A stretch of DNA of 64,000 bases, from assembly GCA_963662335.2 (NCBI GenBank), contig CAXXVD010000005.1:448001-512000 (forward strand), read 5' to 3'. The stretch comes from Chloroflexota bacterium (GTDB taxonomy: Bacteria > Chloroflexota > UBA11872 > VXOZ01). The notes below the pieces were generated by a model that was not told the DNA's origin, ran no database searches, and worked only from the letters and a program-made list of their open reading frames with translations. The position numbers and the translations under genes were made by a program. Positions 54,954 through 64,000 of the stretch are shown in pieces; position 1 is the stretch's first letter; each line of letters opens with the position of its first letter.

Positions 54954-57314
54954 TCAGGCTTGCACTTCTATCCAGACGGGACTCGACCACGCCCGCGGGC
55001 CCCAGGCGGGCGCGACGTTCGATAGATGATTGCGCCAAGCCATGGATTGCTCCACCCACAGGTAGTAGAAATGCGGCCCAGGCGCGGCGTCTTCGTCCGT
55101 ATATCCGCCGGCAGCCTGCGCCTCATCCGCCTGCCAGGTTTTGATCGCTTTGCCGTCCCGCAGGAGAACCACCGTTGCCGGCGCGTCCGTAAGCTGCGCC
55201 TGCCAGCGGACATCCGGCGCGGATTCGGTCCTGCCCGCGCCGCCCATGAAGACGTCAGACACCCACAGTTGCAAGGCGATGCGAGAGCCGTCAGTGGCAA
55301 AGCAGCGGTGTTGGCGCAGGGCATCCAGAATGGCGGGGCGCGTCAACTCCTCCGCGTAGATACCGGTCAGCCCGCCGCCGGTTCCCGCCGTGCGCCGGTG
55401 GCCGTCGCTGCAGCCGATGAAGCCGAGCCTGCGCCCGCTCAGCAGCGTCTGGTGAATCTTCTCCCGGTACGCCGGATCTAGCATGTGCACCCGCCAGCCG
55501 GAGCAGACCTCCATGTTCGTTTCGGTCCACGAGTCCGACAGGAACTCCCAGTGTTCGTGGTGGGGGTGCAGGATCGCGCCGTGCTCTTCCGCATGAGCCG
55601 CCAGCGCCGCCAGCGGTTCCCCTTCCACCTCGGTATAGCGCAGGAGCGGCAGGTCTTCTTCGCCCGCAATCACCGTGCGGTGGTTGGAGGTTCGTCTGCC
55701 CGTAGCGCGGCTCATCTGCGACCACTCGAACGCCGGCAGCAGCACCAGGTCGTCCAGGTGGCCGAAGTGGCGGGCAAAATGGTAGTCCAGGTCGTATTCC
55801 GATGACGTGAGGCTAAGCAGGTGCTTGTCATTGTCGGAGATCGCCATGCAGTCCAGATGCGCCAGGTCGCGGGCGTAGGCGATAAGCTCGTCCACGTAGC
55901 CTTCCGCGTCGGCGGAATGGGTTGAGTGCACGTGCAGGTCGGCCCAGTAGAGGGAAAGTTCCGTTTCCCGTGCTTCCTCCGCTGCCGCATCATCCTCGCT
56001 ATCGAGGATGCGCGCGCTTGGCCTGGGCTCGAGTTGCGGCTCATCCACCGTCACCGGCCGCCAGCCGTACCACGCGCCTTCATCATGAAAGACCGGCGCT
56101 TCAGCCGGGTCATAGACGGCCAGGCACACGTCTTCCACCGAGACCTCCGGCGCCACCCGCGCCGTCAGCCACAGGTCTGCGCGCCCGCCGGCCTCAGCAA
56201 CCGGCGTGTAGTAGCGCGGGCCGCTCGCGATGGCGCGAATTTCGCGCGCCACCGGCGCTGGCTGGGCCGCCGAGCATTCAATGTGGCGCCCGCAGAGCAC
56301 GCCGCCGGTTGTGGTGGTGCTGCCGTTCGGCAGTTGCTTCCGTTCCCAGAGCAGGCGGACGCCGCCGTCCGGGTGCGCGACGAGCAGCGGTTTGCGCCGC
56401 CGGCCGAGATACCCCCACACGCCGAGACCCTGCCACTCCAACATGCCCCAGGCCAGCACGCCGAGGTCCGGCGAGCCGCCGGTATCATGCACCGGTTCCC
56501 AGCGCCCGCGCGCGCGCCGCGCCACCCGGGCCACGGGCCATTGGTCGAGCACGTTGGCGTCGCTGACCACCTCTTGCCGGCAGAGCCACGCAAGCCAGGG
56601 CTCGCCGTTGGCATCGAGGGTGAGCGAGGGCGCGAGTTGCCAGGCATCCGCCGTCACCATGGGCGTGGCCGCGGCGCGCTCGCTGACGACCTCGCGCATA
56701 GTCACCGCACCGTCATGCGCCACGAAGGCCGCGTGGATCGCGAACGTCCTGCCGTCATATGCGTCCCAGACTACCCAGCAGCCGTCCGCCGCCACCGCCA
56801 CTTCCGGCCGCTGCACCCAGCCGGGCGCGGCGGTCACGTCCACCGGCGCCGACCAGCCCGCGCCGCCGTTCACGGCAAGCCGGATGACGTACGCGCCCGG
56901 TGAAGCCGCCTCACACCAGACCGCCGCCATGCGTCCATCAGCAGAATCGGCGTGCAGGGAGACCACGAAACCCGCGCTCCCCAGCGGCTGCGGCGGCTCC
57001 CAGCCGGATTCAGAACGCGCGGAACCAACAACGGCATACGATTGGTCGGCGTCCCGGCTGATCCACACGCACTGCGGCGCGTCTTGCACCACGCCGACGT
57101 GCGGCGAGTGGTTTCTGCCGCCCGCAGGCGTGAGCGTCTCTATTGGCGTCAGCGCGTCGCCGTGCAGCGCCCGGGCATAGATCCGTTCTTCATCCTGCCG
57201 GTATCCCTGCCAGACGGCCCAGGTCGTTTCGCCGCTCTGCACCGCATGAGGCGTATGGCACTCGATGCTATCCAACTCGGCCGATAGCACCGCGTGTTGC
57301 GTAGGCTTCGTCAT
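54954..57314 (-). CDS. Large PHP-like (CehA/McbA/DUF3604-type) metallohydrolase with N-terminal beta-rich region
   Basis: YWADLHVHSTHSAD, FEWS, HPH, GFIGCSDGH, GLTGIYA, FATDG, AWSSPVWI. Confidence 0.78.
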   Translation of the reverse strand: MTKPTQHAVLSAELDSIECHTPHAVQSGETTWAVWQGYRQDEERIYARALHGDALTPIETLTPAGGRNHSPHVGVVQDAPQCVWISRDADQSYAVVGSARSESGWEPPQPLGSAGFVVSLHADSADGRMAAVWCEAASPGAYVIRLAVNGGAGWSAPVDVTAAPGWVQRPEVAVAADGCWVVWDAYDGRTFAIHAAFVAHDGAVTMREVVSERAAATPMVTADAWQLAPSLTLDANGEPWLAWLCRQEVVSDANVLDQWPVARVARRARGRWEPVHDTGGSPDLGVLAWGMLEWQGLGVWGYLGRRRKPLLVAHPDGGVRLLWERKQLPNGSTTTTGGVLCGRHIECSAAQPAPVAREIRAIASGPRYYTPVAEAGGRADLWLTARVAPEVSVEDVCLAVYDPAEAPVFHDEGAWYGWRPVTVDEPQLEPRPSARILDSEDDAAAEEARETELSLYWADLHVHSTHSADAEGYVDELIAYARDLAHLDCMAISDNDKHLLSLTSSEYDLDYHFARHFGHLDDLVLLPAFEWSQMSRATGRRTSNHRTVIAGEEDLPLLRYTEVEGEPLAALAAHAEEHGAILHPHHEHWEFLSDSWTETNMEVCSGWRVHMLDPAYREKIHQTLLSGRRLGFIGCSDGHRRTAGTGGGLTGIYAEELTRPAILDALRQHRCFATDGSRIALQLWVSDVFMGGAGRTESAPDVRWQAQLTDAPATVVLLRDGKAIKTWQADEAQAAGGYTDEDAAPGPHFYYLWVEQSMAWRNHLSNVAPAWGPRAWSSPVWIEVQA

Positions 57315-57516
57315 GCTCTCATCCTATCCACGGCCTTCACTTCAGGTAGGCGCTTGACATGAACCGTCACTCTCGTTGCGTATGACTCTGGAAACCGAAC
57401 CAATACGCTCCGTTTGCTTCATCGCTCCGCGCTTCGACAGGCTCAGCGCGAACGGAGTGTGTTGGCGCTCGTCATTGAGGCGCTTTCGGTTAGTAGGCTT
57501 GCAGCCGCGACCGCCG

Positions 57517-59103
57517 TTACGCCTGGCCAAGGTCCTTGAGGATTTCGTGCGCCGCGTTGTGCCCCGGCACGCCGCTAATCTCGCCGCCCGGATGCTGGCC
57601 CGCGCCGCAGAGGTAGAGGCCGGGCAGCGGCGCCCGGTAGTGGGAAATCTCAGGCAGCGGCCGGTTCCACACCAGATGCTCGCCGGTATGCTGGACGTGC
57701 CAAATGCAACCGTCGGTCAAGCCGTTCTCGCGTTCCAGGTCGAGCGGCGTGCGCAGCTTGTAGTCACGGAGCGACCGCCGGAAGTTCGGCGCATATTCCG
57801 TGATCTGGTCGATGAGTCCTTCCGCCACCTGCTCGCGCGCTTCATCCCACGTTGTGCCCTGCAGTTTCGCCGGAGCCGGATAGATCCAAATCGACGCCGT
57901 GTGGTATCCCGGTTGGGTCAGGCTCTCGTCGACCGCCGATGGAATCGAGTAGCTGATCAATGGCCGCCGCGGCGGGCGTCCGGCCTCCAGGTCATCGTAA
58001 TTGGCGCACATCTTGGCGCGATCGAGACTTATCACCACGGCCCCCTTGCTAGGCAATTCAGGATCGCCGTCCCAGGCGGTCCATTGCGGCAACTCGGAAA
58101 TCACCGCAAGGAACTTGTAGCAACTGACGTGGGTGATCATGCCCTGGATGCGCTTGCGAAAGCCGCTATCCAGGTGCGCCGCGGACATGAGACGCAAGAA
58201 CGTCCCCTTGGGGTCAAGGTTAGAGGCCACCACCCGGCTACGCACTTCTTCACCACCGTTCAGCCGAATACCGACGACCTCTCCACCTTCCACCAAGAAC
58301 TCCTCGACCTCGTGGTCGGTGTGGACTGTCACCCCCGCCTCTTCGGCGGACTCTCGAAACAGGCGGCTGATCACACCAACTCCACCGCGCACGTAGCCGT
58401 TCGGCGGCTTGATGCCCGTCTCCTCGTCAACCGCGTTCAAGGAAGCGTAAGCGAACTGAAAAGCAAATGGATTTCTGCCGATAGCGCCCGCCTCGTAGGC
58501 CAAGCGGTCCTTGAGTTTCCCATCCGGCAGCAATTCGTCCTGGAGAGCGTATATTCGGGTCGTCAATGCTTTTTCAAGCACGTCGGCCGCGGGAGTGCCG
58601 GCAATTGTAGCGCGCACTTCATCGAGTGAGGGCGGCGGCTGCAACCGATAGGGCGAAATAGCGCGGTGCAAAGTGTTCTTGAAATCCCCGTAGCGGCGTT
58701 GTCCTTCTTGCTCTTCCCGCGTCAGGTGAAGGGCGCAATTGCGGGGTGAATCATGCGTCTTCGGCCCAAAATACGTCCCGTCGGGCATTAGCTGGATACC
58801 CTGGCGCGGGATGACCTCCATGCCGCGTTCGAGCAGTTGAAAGTCGCGGTAGATCTTGGGCTGGATGCCGTGCACCATGTGGGCGCAGGTGGAAAACTTG
58901 AAGCCCGGCCACAGTTCTTCGGTAATCGCCGCGCCGCCGGTGAACGAACGCCGCTCGAACACGTGCACGCTGAGACCCGCGCGCGCCAGGTACGTCGCGG
59001 CCACCAGGCCGTTGTGCCCGCCGCCGACTACGGCTACGTCAATGTCACCTGCCACGGATTGCTCCTCTATCTCTCGGCGCACGTTCAAACGAGTGCGCTT
59101 CAT
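57517..59103 (-). CDS. FAD-dependent oxidoreductase, phytoene-dehydrogenase-like
   Basis: GGGHNGLVAA, GGAAITEE, RTPLDLE, LYLCGAGQHPGG...GHNAA. Confidence 0.9.
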   Translation of the reverse strand: MKRTRLNVRREIEEQSVAGDIDVAVVGGGHNGLVAATYLARAGLSVHVFERRSFTGGAAITEELWPGFKFSTCAHMVHGIQPKIYRDFQLLERGMEVIPRQGIQLMPDGTYFGPKTHDSPRNCALHLTREEQEGQRRYGDFKNTLHRAISPYRLQPPPSLDEVRATIAGTPAADVLEKALTTRIYALQDELLPDGKLKDRLAYEAGAIGRNPFAFQFAYASLNAVDEETGIKPPNGYVRGGVGVISRLFRESAEEAGVTVHTDHEVEEFLVEGGEVVGIRLNGGEEVRSRVVASNLDPKGTFLRLMSAAHLDSGFRKRIQGMITHVSCYKFLAVISELPQWTAWDGDPELPSKGAVVISLDRAKMCANYDDLEAGRPPRRPLISYSIPSAVDESLTQPGYHTASIWIYPAPAKLQGTTWDEAREQVAEGLIDQITEYAPNFRRSLRDYKLRTPLDLERENGLTDGCIWHVQHTGEHLVWNRPLPEISHYRAPLPGLYLCGAGQHPGGEISGVPGHNAAHEILKDLGQA

Positions 59104-59137
59104 ACACCGTCATTGCTTTGAAAATGGCGAAACCGAG

Positions 59138-59240
59138 CCATTCGCCCTGAGCATCGTCGAAGGGTGAACGACGTGTCACGTGAACAACCGCTCCCAACTC
59201 TCTCCCCTCCGTTCATGCTTCGACGCGCTCAGCACGAACG
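59138..59240. repeat. CTGAGC..GTCGAAG-family doublet (reverse orientation)
   Basis: Reverse complement of the 43511-type doublet. Confidence 0.8.
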
Positions 59241-59312
59241 AAGAGGGAGAATCGCATTCATTCCCTTGCGCGGCCTGCAGACGGTCATGACGATTGCCGT
59301 GATCCCGGCAAT

Positions 59313-59369
59313 GTCAACTCCGTCCTCCCCGGTCAACTCCGTCCTCCCCGGTCAACTCCGTCCTTCCCG
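59313..59369 (+). repeat. 19-bp tandem repeat x3 (GTCAACTCCGTCCTCCCCG)
   Basis: Three consecutive copies, the third with mismatches. Confidence 0.85.
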
Positions 59370-59435
59370 ATTTCGCGGGAAGAACAGTCAGAGAACTATC
59401 TCTCATTCCGAACGGACAGCAGCGCCTAGCCCGCT

Positions 59436-59536
59436 GTCATTCCGAACGGAGCGCAGCGCAGTGAGGAATCTCGTGTGCCACGCACACCAATCTCGCGCGG
59501 CGCCGGCCCTAGATTCCTCGCTGCGCTCGGAATGAC
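59436..59536. repeat. GTCATTCCG...GAGGAATCT inverted doublet
   Basis: Same family as 45033-45129. Confidence 0.88.
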
Positions 59537-59619
59537 ACTCACCGTCCCGCCTAAGCCAACAGGCGGTGTCCACGCTGCCTGCCGCGCGAAACGGCCCGGC
59601 GCATGAGCGGTTCGAGAGC

Positions 59620-61041
59620 CTAGATGCCAAGCTCCTTACGCCAGTCCTCGGCGATTATGTTCATTTGCTCTTCAGCCGTGGCCAGCGCTTCCTGAATGCC
59701 CACCTCGCCGTTCCAGATCGAGCCGACCCAGCCGCCCGTCAGCACTTGCTGACGCATTTGGTCGGAACCGGGCACGCCAAAGCCCAGAGTCGAGGTGCGG
59801 TACTGCATGTTCTCGGACATGTGGAGCACGAACGGGTCGTTCTCGTGGAACTCCTCGGAGAGCGTCGCCGACTTGCGCACCGGCACCCGGTCGAAGGTTT
59901 TGGTGAACGCCAGCGTGTTCTCCGGCCGCGCCAGATACTCCAGCCACGCGAACGACTCTTCCGCCGCTTCCGTCCAGCCGGAGACCATGTGGATCCACGA
60001 GCCGCCCAGGCTCACCTGGCGGACGGCATTGGCCGGCAGCGGGAAGCCCGTGTAGCCAAATTCGTAATCCGGGTCGATCGGGCGTATCTGCTGCTTGCGC
60101 TCGGCGTACGTCATGTAGATGCTGGCGCACTTGGCGTTGATGAGCGCCGCGCCCCGGTCTCTGCCGGAAGGCCGCGCTGATTCCTGGAACTCCTTGATGG
60201 CGGCAAAGCCGTCCTGCAGGTCCCACAGCCGCTTGACGAACGTAAAGGCCTCGATGCCCTCAGGCGTATTGAAGGTCATCTTGGTGCGGTCTTCGTTGGT
60301 GCGGCTGCCGCCAAGCTGCAGCAGGGGCAGCATGAAGAGCCACGTGCCGTTGGAGCCCCAGTCCGGCGGAAAGCCCGCGACCGTCAGTTTGCCCGCGGCG
60401 TCCTTCTGCGTGGTCTTCTGGATGGCCTCCTCGAAATCGTCCCACGTCTGCGGCCCCACCGCCGGGTCCAGGCCGCCCTTGATGTAGAGATCGATGTTCA
60501 TGTAGAGCACGCGCATGTCGGGGCCGTAGGGCATGCCGAACACGCGGCCGTCGCGCCACACCACCGGCTCCATCAGGCCTTCCCAGACGTCGTTCATGTC
60601 GAGGCCCGTGAGTTTGATGTAGTCGTTCAGGGCGAGAATCGTGCCCTGCAAGCCCCGGTCGACGGGCGTGCCCTCGCCGCCGGTCACCACGTCGTACGGG
60701 ATGTTGCCGGCGGCCGCGGCCGCGAAGGCCTCGTTGCGGTTGCCCGTGTACGGCTCTACCAACAGGTTGATGTTGGGGAACTCCTCGCCAAAGGCCATGA
60801 CGAGGCCGTTCGACACGTGCCCTTCCTCATGGAACTTGAACGCGGGATTGGGCACGAAGACGACGTCCACCGGTTCCGCCGGCGCCGGCGCGGCTTCAGC
60901 CTTCTGCTCCGCGGGTTTCTCGGCCTCCATCTCCGGCTGAGCCGGCGCTACACCGCACGCGGCCAGAGCGGCCACCATCGGCACGCTGCTCGCGCCAATG
61001 AGCATCTTCCGCCGGGTAAGCGTTGCTACTTGCTTGGACAT
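59620..61041 (-). CDS. Extracellular solute-binding protein (ABC, carbohydrate family), Tat lipoprotein
   Basis: TRRKML, LAACG, GMPY, LYMN, PQTWDD; GGAGG RBS. Confidence 0.9.
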   Translation of the reverse strand: MSKQVATLTRRKMLIGASSVPMVAALAACGVAPAQPEMEAEKPAEQKAEAAPAPAEPVDVVFVPNPAFKFHEEGHVSNGLVMAFGEEFPNINLLVEPYTGNRNEAFAAAAAGNIPYDVVTGGEGTPVDRGLQGTILALNDYIKLTGLDMNDVWEGLMEPVVWRDGRVFGMPYGPDMRVLYMNIDLYIKGGLDPAVGPQTWDDFEEAIQKTTQKDAAGKLTVAGFPPDWGSNGTWLFMLPLLQLGGSRTNEDRTKMTFNTPEGIEAFTFVKRLWDLQDGFAAIKEFQESARPSGRDRGAALINAKCASIYMTYAERKQQIRPIDPDYEFGYTGFPLPANAVRQVSLGGSWIHMVSGWTEAAEESFAWLEYLARPENTLAFTKTFDRVPVRKSATLSEEFHENDPFVLHMSENMQYRTSTLGFGVPGSDQMRQQVLTGGWVGSIWNGEVGIQEALATAEEQMNIIAEDWRKELGI

Positions 61042-61228
61042 GGTTCGTCTCCTCCCACTTCTTGCGCTCTTGCTACATCACACACGGTCCTCGACGCGCG
61101 CGCCTCCTTTCGTACGGACTGTCAACCGCGAGACACCGACGCGGCAGATTCCGCTTGCCTGAGAGTATACCACGCTCCGCGTCTTGCAAATCAGGCAGCC
61201 CCCAATGGGTCCGAAACTCACACCAAGC

Positions 61229-62077
61229 CTATTCCTTGCGCCCCGCGCCGATCACCGCCGCCATTGGCAGGCGAATGCGGCCGGCTTTGGCAAAAGCCGT
61301 CACGCCGCTTAGCACCGCTTCACGTATCGCGGCCTGCGCCGCCGGCGTTTGGGCCTGCAAGAGCGCGCCGGTGCGCACCGCGCCGTGGTAGAACGTCTCG
61401 TAAAGGGTATCCGCCTGCGGCAACTCCCACGCGACCCGCGCTTGCTCCACCGTTGGGGCGCTGAAACCCGCCCCGGCGAGGGCGCGCTCGCACTCAGCCG
61501 GCTCGCTGAAGCGGAAGAAAGGCGGGCCGTCCGGCAGCGCCACGTCCATGACGCCGTGCTCCGCGATGGCGTCGAGCATGAGCTTGAAGCCCAGGCACGA
61601 ATCCGGGGCCGCCCACACGCTAAAGGCAACCCGGCCGCCCGGCCGCAGCACCCGGTATGCCTCCGCCAGCGCCTGCTCCGGCCGCGCCAGGTGCAGCAAG
61701 CCAAAATTCATGACCACCGCGTCGAAGTCGGCATTGGGAAACGGCAATTCCTCGGCGCTGCCGACGTGGAACGCAAGCGCGGGATACCGCCGCCGCGCCA
61801 CCGCTACCGCCGCCTCCGCAAAGTCAACGCCCACGGCGGTGGCGCCTCGTTCCGCCGCGGCCGCCGCCGCATAGCCGGGCCCGCTCGCCACGTCCAGCAC
61901 GCGCGACCCCGCCGCCGCACCGGCGGCGTCAAGCAAAGGCGGAATGAAGCGCGTGGTCAGCGCCGCGAAATAGCGGTCATAGTCGTCTGCCACGCGCTCC
62001 CATCCCGCTCTCTCGAATTCATGGAACGCCTGCGCGTCAACACGCGCGCTCGGTTCTGCTTGGCCAGGCCCTGACAT
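61229..62077 (-). CDS. Class I SAM-dependent methyltransferase
   Basis: VLDVASGPG, GVDF, AEELPF, RVLRPGG; AGGAG RBS. Confidence 0.92.
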   Translation of the reverse strand: MSGPGQAEPSARVDAQAFHEFERAGWERVADDYDRYFAALTTRFIPPLLDAAGAAAGSRVLDVASGPGYAAAAAAERGATAVGVDFAEAAVAVARRRYPALAFHVGSAEELPFPNADFDAVVMNFGLLHLARPEQALAEAYRVLRPGGRVAFSVWAAPDSCLGFKLMLDAIAEHGVMDVALPDGPPFFRFSEPAECERALAGAGFSAPTVEQARVAWELPQADTLYETFYHGAVRTGALLQAQTPAAQAAIREAVLSGVTAFAKAGRIRLPMAAVIGAGRKE

Positions 62078-62341
62078 GCCCATCTCCTTCCGCAGGCTGC
62101 AAATTCCCACACCATTGTAATGCGGCAACCGGCAAAATACCCGTCTGGCGTCCAGGGGCCGCCGCAGCCTGCAAACGCGCTCCGGCGCGGCGTGTACGCC
62201 CCGTGCCAAAGGATGCTATAGTATGGAATGAACCTACGCGCAGAGTGTGCGGGTTGGCGCGCCCCGCCCCTTACGCGAGCGGGACTTGCCCCCGTGTCGG
62301 CGCGCGTGAAATTCAACCGGCAAAGGGATAGGCGACTGCGC

Positions 62342-63253
62342 ATGTGCGGCATAATTGGCTTTCTCGACAAGAAGAGCAACGGCGCGACGCCGGTTGGCGC
62401 TACCGTGCTTACGATGCTCGACGCCTTGGCCTGCCGCGGGCCGGATTCAGCCGGCGTGGCGCTCTACACCGGCACGGGCAACGGGCACACCGTCCTGCGC
62501 GTCAAGCTGGGCGAAAACGGCGACTTCGGCGGACGGCGCGAGAACATCACGGAACGAGTCCAGGCCCTTGGCGAGATCCTGGAATCATCGACCAACGAGG
62601 AGTACCTGCGGCTCGCACTCGACTTTAAAGGCGATCCGCGCGAGCTCAGCGCCCTGATCGAGGCGGAAGCCGACAACGTGGAAGTCGTGAGCATGGGCGA
62701 CGCGTTGGAAATCGTGAAGCAGGTAGGCTCTCCGGAGAATCTCGAGGAGACGCACGCCGTTTCCCGCATCACCGGCACCCACGGCATCGGGCACACGCGC
62801 CTTTCCACCGAATCGCGGGTGGACCTGAGCCACTCGCAGCCCTTCTGGGCACACGGTACGCCGGATCTCGCGGTGGTGCACAACGGCCACATCACGAACT
62901 ACCACAATTTGCGCCGCCGCTACGAGCAGCACGGCGTGCGCTTCTACACCGACAACGACTCTGAGATTATCGGCGTCTATCTGGCCGACCGGCTCTCGCA
63001 GGGCATGTCGCTGCGCGAGGCGCTAACGGCTTCCCTCTACGACCTGGACGGCTCCTTTAGCTACCTGGCCGCCACCAAGGACGAATTGGGCTTTGCCAAA
63101 GACCGCTTTGCCCTCAAGCCGCTGCTCTTTACCGAGACCGACGAGGCCGTGGTGGTCGCCACCGAGGAGATTGCCATCGAGAACGCCTTTCCCGGCATCG
63201 GCGGCGTGCGCGAAGCGCAAGCGAAGGAAGTGCGGGTATGGCAGTTGAACTAG
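62342..63253 (+). CDS. Class II glutamine amidotransferase-like subunit (GlxB/MgsA-like)
   Basis: MCGI N-terminal Cys, RGPDSAG, GHTRLSTES, HNGHITN, DSE, DGSF. Confidence 0.87.
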   Translation: MCGIIGFLDKKSNGATPVGATVLTMLDALACRGPDSAGVALYTGTGNGHTVLRVKLGENGDFGGRRENITERVQALGEILESSTNEEYLRLALDFKGDPRELSALIEAEADNVEVVSMGDALEIVKQVGSPENLEETHAVSRITGTHGIGHTRLSTESRVDLSHSQPFWAHGTPDLAVVHNGHITNYHNLRRRYEQHGVRFYTDNDSEIIGVYLADRLSQGMSLREALTASLYDLDGSFSYLAATKDELGFAKDRFALKPLLFTETDEAVVVATEEIAIENAFPGIGGVREAQAKEVRVWQLN

Positions 63254-63951
63254 ATTGCGCCGGCAAGTCCATTCGCGAAATCAATACGGCAATCAAGGAG
63301 CACATCGCAAACGGAGAATCAGAGGTGCTGGTGCGCAATCCCGGCGCGCGGCACAATCTCGGCGTGGCCTTGCTCCAACCCGCCACCGTGACCTTCGACG
63401 GCAGCGTGGGCTACTTCTGCGGCGGCCTGATGGACGGCGCCACGGTGGAGATAAACGGCAGCACCGGCTGGGGACTGGCGGAATCGATGCTCTCCGGTAC
63501 CGTCATCGTCCGCGGCAGCGCCGGCAACGGGGCCGCGGCCACCATTCGCGGCGGCACCGTGGTCATCCACAAGCACGCGGCCGCCCGCGCCGGCGTGGCG
63601 ATGAAAGGCGGCCTGCTGCTCATCGGCGGCAACTGCGGCTACATGGCCGGCTTCATGGGCCAGCGCGGCACGATCGTCGTCTGCGGCGACGTGGGCGAGG
63701 CGTTCGCCGACTCTATGTACGAGACCGTCTGCTACGTGGGCGGCAAGATCGCCGACCTGGGCAATGACACGGTCGTTGAGGCTCCCGCCGCTGAGGACCT
63801 GGTGTATCTGGAAGCCACGTTCGCCGAGCACTTGCCGGAACGGCAGGCAGAACTGATGGCGCGCCTTTCCGGCTTCAAGAAGATCGTCTCCGGGCGGCGG
63901 TTGTGGAATTTCGATAAGGCCGATTGGGAAGCCTGGCAGCAAGTCGTGTAG
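63238..63951 (+). CDS. GXGXG-motif glutamate synthase C-terminal-like subunit (GlxC/MgsB-like)
   Basis: IREIN, GSVGYFCGG, GWGLAESM, GYMAGFMGQRG, DSMYE, RRLWNF. Confidence 0.87.
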   Translation: MAVELDCAGKSIREINTAIKEHIANGESEVLVRNPGARHNLGVALLQPATVTFDGSVGYFCGGLMDGATVEINGSTGWGLAESMLSGTVIVRGSAGNGAAATIRGGTVVIHKHAAARAGVAMKGGLLLIGGNCGYMAGFMGQRGTIVVCGDVGEAFADSMYETVCYVGGKIADLGNDTVVEAPAAEDLVYLEATFAEHLPERQAELMARLSGFKKIVSGRRLWNFDKADWEAWQQVV

Positions 63952-63953
63952 GC

Positions 63954-64000
63954 ATGGAGAGCGGATTTCTTCGTCAATACATTGAAGAGGATACAACCAA
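63954..64000 (+). CDS. 5' end of next gene (possibly GlxD/MgsC), truncated by window
   Basis: ATG 2 nt after the preceding stop, open to window end (MESGFLRQYIEEDTT); identity inferred from synteny only. Confidence 0.35.
   Translation, partial: MESGFLRQYIEEDTT

Noticed and set aside
57517-59103. Carotenoid biosynthesis gene crtI
   Set aside because: No crtB/crtE neighbours; motifs fit the broad phytoene-dehydrogenase-like oxidoreductase group.

Overview
GC-rich bacterial chromosomal window. The rpmB-DAK2-recG-rsmD synteny, the long N-terminal RecG extension, three Tat-lipoprotein solute-binding proteins, a PhyH-HEAT fusion and NHL repeats suggest a Chloroflexota-like organism, possibly host-associated (inference only). 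It holds about 50 genes: RND and ABC transporters, a phage-free amidase+holin pair, an orphan Phd/YefM antitoxin, a complete IS30-family element, a two-gene molybdoenzyme module, housekeeping genes (gpsA, queA, pcrA, Fe3+ ABC, murG-like, rsmD, recG, rpmB, tlyA) and the start of a glxBC-type N-methylglutamate synthase cluster. Intergenic DNA is dense with at least six families of REP-like palindromes. Strongest leads: (1) the Fe-S/NrfD subunit of the molybdoenzyme has an in-frame TGA exactly at the first [4Fe-4S] ligand, followed by a SECIS-like hairpin (candidate selenocysteine-ligated cluster); (2) a signal-less, prodomain-less subtilase whose Asp-His-Ser triad reads Glu-His-Cys (candidate natural thiol-subtilisin); (3) a PrsW-NHL fusion with EExxK changed to QExxK; (4) the orphan lysis/export cassette; (5) an IS4-like MITE inserted into a REP. 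No rRNA, tRNA or CRISPR array was seen.
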